Source: Lytechinus pictus (taxonomy: Eukaryota). Taken from it: DNA of 64,000 nt. The DNA is taken from positions 40,176,001-40,240,000 of the forward strand of contig NC_087249.1 in assembly GCF_037042905.1 (NCBI RefSeq). The letters are read 5' to 3'. How positions within the stretch are numbered: position 1 is the first letter of the stretch; every line of letters begins with the position of its first letter. Shown piece by piece: positions 11,601 to 23,600 of this stretch. The position numbers were made by a program, and so were the translations under genes. The notes under the pieces were generated by a model. The model saw only the letters and a program-made list of their open reading frames with translations, was not told the DNA's origin and did not search any database.

Positions 11601-14600
11601 ATTGGATTGGCAACAATCCCAAATTACCAAAGGCTGAAACTCATCGGCAGAAAGTGGAGAGCAACTCAATCCACTCAGAGTAGTAAAGGCAATATTACCA
11701 TGCCAACAATCAATGCAATGGAGTGAAGAAGTTCTGAAATCACTCAAACGTAAAACTGGAGGAGAGCATGAACTGCTTTCATAAGTGTCTGTAACTGTAC
11801 ACTCTTGGAACAATGAAGGCACATTGGCATCGGTATCCTGACCAATTACATCACTATCAATAGACCCTACATTATCTTTCCTTGTTTCTTTTACATCTCT
11901 CATGTGACCAATAAGCACATCATCTCCATTAGCTTTATCAACCACATCAACATTAGCTTCATATCCAATTTCTTCATTCCATTGTTTCACATCACATTGG
12001 TCACTTTCATGATCCAAACCATCACAAGCTGCATACTCAACCTCCTCATTCCATTCTTTCATGTCAGCACTGTTTGTTGCATTCACCTCATCATCACTAG
12101 TCACGTATCCATCATCTGCATTACATTGTTTCACATCAACTATGTTAGAGTCATGACCTCCACCATCACTACTCTTGTATCCATCTACATTGCATGGTTT
12201 CATTTCACCTTTGTCAATTTCAAGCACCTCACCATTACTAGTCTCATCTCTTCGATCTTCATTACAAGATTTACAATCATTACATTGAGATTCATTCAAC
12301 TCGCTATCACTTGTCTCATATCCATCATCTCCTTTGTGTATGTTAGTGTTTACTGGTGTGACTGTGGTCCCTAATGTAACATGATTATCAATCTCACGAC
12401 TATCATCCATTTCACTCTCATTCATCTCATGCTCCCGATCAATGAGAATGTGATTTGTAATTGAATGTATGCCAGCGAGATCAACATCACGAAAACATGG
12501 CGGAGCTGCTCGAGATGACAAACCATAGCAGAAAGCAGTACCGTCTCCAAACCTGATCAACTGCTTGGAGGGGCGAACTGAAATATCGTTCTGCTCCATG
12601 AATGGAGCCCCAGCAACAATACTGCGAGAACCACGCAAGTAGTCATCATGGACTACCACACCATCAAACCAAAGCTCACAATCCTCATACAATAATGTGA
12701 ACTGAGTCAAACCGACCACCAGGGTCTGATCAACTAGACTAACAATGGACACACCATCAACAAAATAATCATCAAAACCAAAATCATCAACAAGAATCTC
12801 GACACCAATATCATCTGCTACAGATTCAGTGATTAAATTGAGCTGTGATCCGCTCTTTAATTCAACATTAATCCGCGAATTATCTATTGTGCGGGCACAA
12901 AAACAAGGTTTATTCAATATCTGCCTGCAAGCAGAAAACTGGCGCAACCTTGGTTGCGACGACCTGCTAGCCGAACGCCAGCTCGACGCATCGTGAACGG
13001 CTGCCGCGGCGGTCAACGCGGCCCTGGCCATGGTATATGTGGGACTACACAAATTTATATTCGGGAAGAAACCCAACCTCTCGTCTACCACCGATAGAAC
13101 ACGGCGTGCCTAGCCCCAATTTATAGGGTTAAATTAACTTGGGAAGGCTTATTTATACTCGATGGGTGGATACAATCCAGCTGCCACCACGCCATGGGTT
13201 AATAAGGCACAACTTAATATAAAAGAAGTAAATAAACTAAGCAACTTTGAGGTTACGTGTAACTGTCTTTAATAACCATGGCCAAGAGACCAACACAAGG
13301 TGGCGCGCTTACACTTTGTGATTGCAACATCGAATCATCAGTATAATACAACACAAAACAACACACTGGCGAAAAGAAAAATGGAATAGAATATATCATT
13401 GATTGTCTTCTTCAATCAACAAACAAATAAAAAAAGTAAAATTGTGCAACCAGTTGGGCATTCAGGCTATAAAACCTACTATCAAATCCATTCATTGAAA
13501 AGAATATATCTACATGAAAATGAATAGTTGTATCAATAGCTAAGTTACAGAAACATGAATATATTTTATAATCATTGCCTAAAGTATAAGTTAACTAAAA
13601 GACAAAGGACAGAAAAAGACAACAGTCTTAATCACTCGACCACGATGCCCCTGATTAATTGTAGGATGTAGTGAGAGTCTTTTTTCATGGCGTATGTAAC
13701 ACAAAATTTTAATTGAATCTCTGATCAATTTTCAAAATTGGTTGCATTGATAATCACGTGTAATCAATCGTAAATAAATTGTATGATCAATCTCTTTGAG
13801 TTACTGGGCCCCAGACCACTTATATCTGTTTTTATTAAATCACTAATATTTCTACCTTAACTACTGTTTGTGCCATTCACTGAGGTTTAGGTACAGAATT
13901 GATGATTATTGAAATGACTAAGATTTTTTTAAATTCTGAATATTCCTCCTTTTATTCCAACCCTTCTTGACGATAATGATACTATTTGTTATTCCAGATC
14001 AACCGAAGTCTCTTCAAGCAGATCAAAACCTCAAAGAAGCAGTTCCTTGTGACAGCATCATTTCTGGAGGTAAGAGCCAGATGCATATCTGGGGCCCGTA
14101 ACACAAAGCTTAGCAATGATCGTAGAACATTTTTCTACGATTGATTGCATTGACTACAATGTACAATCAATCGTGAAAATCAAGCTTACGATTAATCAGT
14201 AATCTTTGTGTTACGGGCCCCTGGACAGTGTTTCATGGAGCATCTTGCCAATGAATTTCATCGGAAGATTTGCTTTGTGCCAATCAGATGCAAGGATTTC
14301 AGTTGCTTGTAACAAATAGTAAAGAAAATAGAAATGCCTTGAAGTAAACTTTGTAAAATAAACTTTGTGCTGTGAAGTTTCTCAAAGTGAACTATTCAAA
14401 AAAAGTAAAACATATGTCTGTAGAATAAACAAAAGAAGTTTTGTGGTTTATAACTTGTACCAAGGTGACTAAAATTGAGACTAGTGCTATACCTGGTGGG
14501 TGTTTCAGAAAGCTGTTCGTAAGTTATTAAGAACGACTGGTGATCCTTTTTATGCACTTATCGCCAATGAACATTTAATGGTGAATATCATTCACCACAA

Positions 14601-17600
14601 GAAAGGATCACCAGTCGTTCTTAAAGTCACTCTTAACTTACGAACAGCTTTATGAAACGGCCCCCAGATGAGAAAATGCTATAGGTGTAGAATGGGTACT
14701 CTTTTTGAAACCTTTTTTGTGTTTGCAGTATAATTGTTGGTGCTGATAGGTAAAAGTTGTTGGAATTTATAAAATACTAGCAAGCAAATAAACAAAAGAA
14801 AAATAAAAACATTCAAAACAGTGTGGTGTGTTTATGTTTATCATTTGATTCTGAGTCCCACAATCATGATAATAATGATTGATGAAAAACATAGACAAAA
14901 GTCTCTCTATGCCCTTAGCAAAGTTAGACGAGTACACATTCATGAAACTTAAAATATTTGCAAGTATTATAAAACTAACACTTTAGGCTTTTCCTTTCAA
15001 AATTGTCCCTCATATTAAAAATCAGTGGTGTATTATGTGAACAAGGTTTTTATTATTTTCTCTCATTTTCAATCAACAAACTATTGTTTTCATTCTTTCT
15101 ATTCCATTTCTTTTTCTCTATCCAGGTGATGGATGAAAGTATGACTGATTTACTCAACCCCCACACCGACGACATGCAGATCAGACAACACCCTCAGATT
15201 GGAATGTAAATAGTCTTTTATACCATAAGAGGGGGAAAAAATTACTAAATTACTCAGGGGGGGGGGGGGGGGCTCGGGCCGATTTCCCCCCCAAAAAAAA
15301 TGCTCAAAAGAGCCCTAGAAAAAATCAAAGGAGCCATGGAAAATTCCAATTCACAGCAATGTTAAAGCTTATCCAATTTTCCTGACTTAGGCATTAGGTT
15401 GTGAAAAGTTACTCCTGAATATGAAAAAAAAAAATTTGTGTGTGTGTGTCTTTCATAAGCATTATTCTTGAGATCATAAGTTGTTGTAAAGCTATCCCAT
15501 AAAAAAGTAATGACAATGATAATAATAGCTTGATTTATGTAGAGCTTTTCCCAGAGGATACAAATCACAAATATTATCACCGTGGTTTTAGATTTGACTT
15601 TGAGTGGCTTAGAGAAAGTACTGATACTTAATTTACTTACTTTAATCCAACAAACTTCGATGTATCATGTCAAATGTACAGACAGAGTATTGTCATGACT
15701 TTTAAGAAATTCAACTCAAATTGCTTTTTTAATGGATTTTTGTCTTGTGTTTGCTTATGAATAAAATATTCAAAATGGCAAAATAAAAAGTGGGTATTAA
15801 AGAAAACATGAATACACTCGACTTGAATATGATATACGTCAGATGCAGTGGTACAGAATGCAAAATGAAATTCAATTTTGAATTGAGACAATTATTTTGC
15901 CTTTTCAGATTTGTTGATGGTCTATCGGAGCTTGTAGTGAAGAGCGGTGAAGACTTGTCCAGGTACTATGACCAGGGAAGCAGAGCTAGGAAGATGGGCG
16001 CTGCTGATATCAAGGCGCACAGAGCAAGGTAAGAACAAGTCTTGATTCTTCTCTCGCTTCATCCTCTCATTTATACTTTTCCTTCTATTCCTTTTCTACC
16101 TTTCATTGCACTCTATGTCATATTTTAGTTTAGTGATATAATAATATCTGTTAAGTGTCAATGAAGAGGAGGAGAAGTAGAAGAAGGAGGAGGAGAAGAA
16201 GAAATAGAAGAAGGAGGAGGAGGAGGACGAAAATGACAAAATGAGGAGGAGGAGAAAAAAAAAGAAAGAGAAAGAGTAGGAGGAGGAGTTGGAGGAATAG
16301 AAGAAGAAGTAGGAAAAGGAGAAGGATAGGGAGAAGGAATTGAGGAGAAGATGAAGGAGAAGGATTGGAGAGGGAGGATGATGATGAGATGGAAGGAGAG
16401 ATGATGATGAGATATCAAGGCACACAGAGCAAGGCAAGAACAAGTCTTGATTCTTCTTCTCTCGCTTCATCCTCTCATTTATACTTTTCCTTCTCTCTAT
16501 TCCTTTTCTACCTTTCATAGCACTCTATGTCCTATTTTAGTTTAGTGATATAATAATATCTGTAAAGTGTCCATGAAGAGGAGAAGGAGTAGTAGAAGAA
16601 GGAGGAGAAGAAATAGAAGAAGAAGATGAAGAAGAAGGAGGAGGAGAGGATGAAGAAAAAGAAGGAGGAGGAGGACGAAAAGTGACAAAATGAGGAGGAG
16701 GAGGAAAAAAAAAAAGAAAGAGTAGGAGGAGTTGGAGGAATAGAAGAGGGAGCAGGAAAAGGAGGAGGATAGGGAGAAGGAATTGAGGAGAAGATGAAGG
16801 AGAAGAAGGGGAAGATTGAGAATGGGGGAACTATGCAGGATGATGATGATAATGATGAAGAGGATCGGGGAGGGAGGATAATGATGAGATGGCAGGAGGG
16901 ATGATGACAAGGTGGAGGAGAATGTTGTTTTAATCATAGATTGCTGAGGCGCCGCAACGGATTGACACTTTCATTTGCTCTGTTTACAATCTAGGGCTCA
17001 TGGTATTTTCTCGATCGGTATCGAGCAGAAAGATGCAGATGGTGGTCGTGGTCTTAGGAGTAAGATCGTCCTAGCTGATCTGGCTGGTAAGTAAATTGAA
17101 ACCCAGCCGTACATTGCAGGGGGGGGGGGCAGTTCCCCCTCCCCTGAAAACATTTTTTACTGAAAATTCTCACCAGATTCACCCCAAGTGTGTATACGGC
17201 AATCCTTCTATATCACTTTAGAATAATCAAAAGCACACCCCTATGACAAGCTCAGTCGCTTCACTCCGTAGATCTGGGTTTTTACAAAATTTCGCATCTT
17301 GCCCCCCACCCCACTTCGGAAAAAATTCTGCATACCCTCATATGAAGACTCTCAACAGGGACAAGAAAAAAACTTTTTAAAACATTCCCTTCTCTTACTA
17401 TTCATGTTTTATTTTAATAAAGCATTAAAAACACATATTTTCATGATTTGCCAGTGCAGTTTGAAAGCATATTGGAAGTACCAAAATCTTGTAAATTTCT
17501 CATAAGCATTATAGATAGGTTGTCTTTTTAGACATATGGTTGTTTATGGTAGGTAAATTTTGATGTTGGGCTGTTGAACATACAGAACTTTCTTTCAATA

Positions 17601-20600
17601 AAATGCATATTTACAATTGATAGATCAATTTTAGGTCAGCAAAATTAATGATGTTAATATTTATTGGTCAATTTTGGCTATAGCAAATTCATAAAAGGTA
17701 TTTTCTCTTAAACTTTTTGTTGCAAGGAACTGGCTATCAACTTGAATCAGTTGTGAGGCTTATGATTGATTTATAAACAGGTGTTAAATCAACTGTTTAT
17801 TGATTGTAAGGTAATTACAGTGTTTCGTATATCTTCCTTTAATTCTGGTCTTATTTATATTCAATGAGTTAAGGACACATACCAATGAAAGTCCTTATTT
17901 ACTGCTTCTGATGACATTAAACAAAAAAGATCTACTCTTCAAAATCTTATATCTTTGTTTCTGTTTGTTTCATTTTACTGTGATTTATTTCATTCACTAT
18001 AATTTTCTCCTTTTTTTTCAGGTTCAGAAAGCGTTCAGAGTAAAGACAAAGGGTAAGTATATATAACCACTTATCTCTTTTTAAATAAAAAAATTGTGTT
18101 CTGTCATAGCATTTATCTAACACTGAAAAAACACTATATAATATATCTTTTTTTGCAAAATGTAGAATAATATTGGACTTCATGAGGATCTCTGCCATAC
18201 AAAAAAGGCAATGGCTCATAATCGGAACTCGGGTTTAATCTAAACTCTGGTCTACAGTTGTAAATCAACTATGGATAGCCAGTTGGGCAATTAAAAAAAA
18301 AAATGTTTTTCTGACCCCCTGTATGTGGGACCTTTATTAAATTTTCTGTCTCTGATTTCTTGTTCTTTTGACAGTCTGTAATGTTCTCAAAGGACCATGA
18401 CTTGGTTAGTTTATGAAGTGAAGGAAGACGTGAGAAAAATGGGGGTTTGAAGTACAAAAAAGGTCTAATCATTTTATGGCATTGCCCAGTTCTGACACAA
18501 ATCTCTATCAGTGCAGGTTCACTTTATCAGCTCATGTCATTGAAAAAATTGTGTCATCTATCTTGTATTCTTCATTCGTCTTGAGAATATGCTATGCCAG
18601 CTAGGGAGCATTTTGTTGACTGCATTGTATCATACATCTTTTCTCTCCCCATCTCACAGACTTGGTGCCTTGGGGGATGTGATCAGCGCCCTCGGCGATC
18701 CTCGGAAGAAAGGGGGCCATGTTCCTTACAGGGATTCAAAGGTTACACGTTTACTGCAGGTATTGTAATAGCTTTGTATTTTTTTGCCCAGCCCGCCCGG
18801 CTCCATTAAATAAAGATTTCTTTTGAATAGTTCGCTTTGAAGACCTTCATAGCTTGAAGTTAATGATACAAAGTTTCTTTCAAGGCGTTTCTAAATTTTT
18901 CACTACCTAGTATGTTATAAGCTACTGAAATTCTTTTATGTACAGTCAATCTTTCTAGTTTATTTTTCAGTGTTTTCTGTGGTGCCATCTTTACCTTTGT
19001 ATTAACACAGTTCAAATGAACGTTTTGGGTCCTCTCTTTTTCTTTGTTGTATTTTACTCATATTGAGCAAAATTGAATATTGGTCCTCATTTCCTGTATT
19101 TGTTCATTTACTCAAGATGACAATTTCTTTTTTTTTCAATTTTATTTGATTCCATTCTTCTATGATCATTAACTATTGAAAATTTGTTTTATCATTCACC
19201 ATGAAGTTTAGGTAAACGTCAAATGAATTGGAAAGGGAGACCTTTGGATTAAAGTTATTTAGTTAATCTTTCTCCTGTCCCATCATCCATCCTTATCCTA
19301 TTGTTTGTCTATGTTCTTCATATGTTTTTTGATCGTGTAGAATAATGATAATGTATTCCCATGAATCCCAGGACGCCCTTGGTGGGAATGCCCACACGCT
19401 GATGTTCACGACCATCTCCCCGTCCGATACGTGCTACAACGAGACCCTGACCACCCTACAGTACGGGCAGTACTGCAAGAACATCATCAATCACCCAGCA
19501 ATAAATGTGGTATGTACTCTTCTTGCTCTTGTCAACACAATGTTCTAAAGTTACACACTGTTATGAGCCTACATGATAATTGATGTGAGGGCCAAGGAAA
19601 TTCACTGAATTGTAGATATCGTTGAAGCAAAATCAAATAGAAATCGAAATACAAAATAATAGAGTTTTGAGGCTGGATGTTTCGTTTTCTTTTTAATAAA
19701 CTCGAATTTGAGTAGAGGAGGCTTGATAATTCATTCAGTGCCCTGGTTCAGTTCTAGAGCCCTTTGATAAGGCATTTCCTCGTTACTAGGTCCCTCAGAG
19801 AGGACCTTAAGCTTTTGGTTCTCTGATTGCTTGCTTACAAGCATTCTCGCTTTCTGAGCAATCAAGTAAAATATCACCACCACCATTCCTTTTTGTACAT
19901 TCATTCATTTCATTTGAGTAGAATTGAAAGAATGTGAAATACATTCTATTAGGTGACTTCAGAGTCCCTTAATTGTTTGACCAAGAGAATATTTGACATT
20001 TAGAAAATTTTGTTTGACCAAGAGATTTCTTGACATTTTAAAAATTTTGTTTGACCAAGTGAATTTTTGACACGTTTTCTCCCCAGGATGATAGTGAACG
20101 ACTGACCAATCAACTTCGCGAGGAGATTTCTCGTCTGCGGGAAAAGCTGACCGGTACTTCACTGACCGAAGCGGGAAGCAAAGAAGATGTGGCCAAACTG
20201 CAGGTCAGTACAGGTCAAATGTTATACGAATCAAAAGTTAAAAATTATCTTTTAAAATGTGTGTCATTGTAGAGTTGTTGTGGATCAGTGGTTAAGTCTT
20301 GGGACTTTGCACCACGTGGTCATGGATTCCAATCCCGTCACAGCACCTCCAGCCTTAATCTGATTTACAATTTGCCACTCTACCACCCAGGTAAAGTAAA
20401 TGGGTATTTGGTAGGAACACTTTCCTTGAATGCATGCATGAGCATCTGATCAGGGTAGCTATGCTGGTGCCGTGGTTGTAGTATGCTATGCTTATAACCA
20501 TTGAATCAAGCGATAAATGTTTCATATCGTTATATTAATTATTTTTTGCAGATTTTAATTGATCAGATATTTATCATTTATTCATTTATTTATTTATTTA

Positions 20601-23600
20601 TTCATTCATTTGTTCATTCATTTATTTATTTAACCATTCATCCATCCATTCATTCATTTGTCTTCTTTTAGTAGGGTTGCTCCATCAATAACCTGTATAC
20701 TGTTGTAACTCGAGGCCCTAAAACATAAATACAATTATTACAAACATTTAAAACATAAAAACATAAAACATAAAAAGCAAAAAAAAATAAAAATAGACAA
20801 ACAATTTCAAGCAAATAAGAAGAAAAAATAAAACAACACAAAGGGCCACCTCATTTACTAAGGCTATCATAAACCAAATTTATTTCTACCGATCAGGATT
20901 TGATAAAGGATCTTCAGATTGCAAAGCGTCAAGGATGGGAGGAGAAGGAGAGACAATCAACTCAGTATGAAGAGGAGAGGAGAGAGAACCTCGCTAAGAA
21001 GGTAAGATTTATCAACTTTTTTGTTATTCAACAATATCTTATAATTTGGCCTACAACCTTCCCCTTCCCATCCGCTCAGTATAAAGAGGAGAAAACCTTG
21101 CTAAGAATAATAATATATAATAATATTTCTTATTTACTCAGGGTAGCCACTTCAGCTCTAATGAACTGTTCTCTCAGCTGGCCCTGCATATCGTAATGCT
21201 AGTATTACCCTTCTCCATTCTAATACATTGAGAGAAGGCAGAAAGTCCAATTTTTTATAAAAGTCTTTGGTATGACTCGGCCGGGGAATGAACCCACGAC
21301 CTCCCATTCATGAGACAAGTATCATGACACAAGTATATTTCAAAAAATGCAAAAAAATGAGAGAAATATATGAAAAGAAATTTAATTAAAATCCAACAAT
21401 GAATATCAAAGTCATGAACTTTGGGAATTTGGACTTTGCCATGTCACAAGTGAGCAGCTATCCTATTTGTCATGTAATAGAAATATCCATAGGTAGCCAT
21501 TTTTTAACTGTTCATGATGACTAAAGATTTTTTTTTAGTGTCTTAACCCACGACCTCCTAGGAGTATGTCATTTCATGGAATAATAGTCTTTTAACATTC
21601 TCATTCCACTCATTTCTTTAGATATTATGGTTTGGAAAATTGCATCTGATCACAAAATTTAAACTTTTTAAAGAAGCCACAAAACGTCTTGCTTTAAAAT
21701 AAAATTGATTCTGTCAGCTAATAATGAACTCTTTTGGTTGGGACGGTACATGAAAGAGATGTCAATATGTGAAATAAATTGGAATAGTTAGATATAAATT
21801 GCCATTTTAATTATGAAAAAAAGTTACTTGATGAAATTATATATTCTTTTACAGGGTATTCTGCAGTGGGTAATGGCGGAGAGCGTTCATAGAGACAACA
21901 GAGAGATGCAGGAAAGGATCTTACTCATGCAGAAAGAAAAAGATCAGGTAAATAATGAAGGAGTGAGGTAGGGAGAGACAGATCTGATTTCATTTGTGTA
22001 TCTAGGCACTGAGTAGCTACCTCAGCTGTGGTAGGACTGTTTTTTTTTTGTAGGGTCATGCAAATAAACATAATCCATGTCCAATATGCAAACAACATTC
22101 CCATTGTAATTCCAATATACAAACTGAAATACAAACTTAATATGAAATAGAGATACAAAATGAGTGAGAGAGAGAGAGACAGATAGATAGTAATACAAGC
22201 AGGTTGACAAATGAACATAAGAGACAAGGGAATAGAATGGAGAAACAGAGGGCCAAACAGCTCTGCATCAAAAATAGAGAGAAAACCACTCAGACAGTGA
22301 AAATAAACCCAGACAAATAAGATACAGAGAGAAGATGGACTGAGACATACACAATGCAACTGACGGAGATACATAAGTAAAGAAAGACATTTGAATTGAG
22401 AATGATATACAGAGGGACAAATCACACAATCCTATCTCCATTCCTGTACATCTCTACACTGAAACCTAAAGAAAAATTGCCCTAAATTCTTGTACTTTTA
22501 CTGAACAGCATCTTCATACACTTAAATCTTGTCTTTCGCTCTCTTAATTCCTGCATCTGTGTTGTAGTCTGAAGCGGAAAAGCTTCTCCTACTTTCAGTA
22601 AATATGTACCTTGATACAAATGATTCTTATCTTTTCAGTTGCAACATGAATACAAGGACAAACGATCATTAGTGGATAGGCTGAAAGAGGATCTCCAAGC
22701 TAAGATTGTAGATTACACCAATATGGCCGAAAGTGGTAAGAGAGCTTGTTCATTGAATGACTTGTCATAGTTTAAATTGAAACTTGATGGAGAGAAAATT
22801 GATTGTTGAGAAGTCGGTCAGCAAATCAGTAGTCCAAAGTTTCAAGTCCAAAACTTTACCTCGGAATTGCGGCAGTAGCCCTTAACCCCTTGCTCTACTT
22901 TCCACACATCCTAACCGGCACTCCGACTCCTCTAACTCCTAGTCTTCTTTGGTCATCCATTATCGTGGAAGAGCCATGGTGTAGTGCAGGGGTTCTCAAA
23001 CTTTTTCCTTGAAGGGCCAGATGAGACTCCAAGTAAACCTGAAAGGGCCAGGGTGAAGTGGATACTTAGAAGAAAAAAATGTGTGCGAAGCGCAAAGACC
23101 CTTGCGGTTGGGGTCCTAGATGTTCTCTTGTGCAATCTGGCCCTTACTTTGGGAGCATTTAATCTAACAAATTTATAACAGTTTCACATGGAACGCAGGC
23201 AAAATTAGAAAAGATTTCAAAATACAGCGAGAGCAATATTAATGATAACAAAATTGTAGTACTTTGTTAAAAGGAATCTAGATTGTACCTATACATACCT
23301 GGTATTGGGGAGTTAGATAATGATTTGAAGTATCAAAATTTTTTGTAGTCAAAGTAGAATGAATAATAAAGCATGTCTGTTGTATACTCTAACAAGGGTG
23401 TCAGTCTCCTAATCAATTTCAATATGGGAAACGTGACAGTCTGTCAGCAACAAGTTGCTTGAACCTTGGCACAAAAGGTGTAATTGCCAGAAGGCACTGG
23501 TGCTATGGAGTCGCGGAAGCGGGGGGGGGGTTCCAAACCATGTACAAAACGTAAAAATGGCAATATGATTGTGATTTTTTGCATGGCCAGCCCCCCCCCC

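Noticed and set aside
16096-16937. Ser/Phe/Leu/Pro-rich ORFs of 86-140 aa
   Set aside because: Antisense translations of GAA/GGA low-complexity intron sequence.
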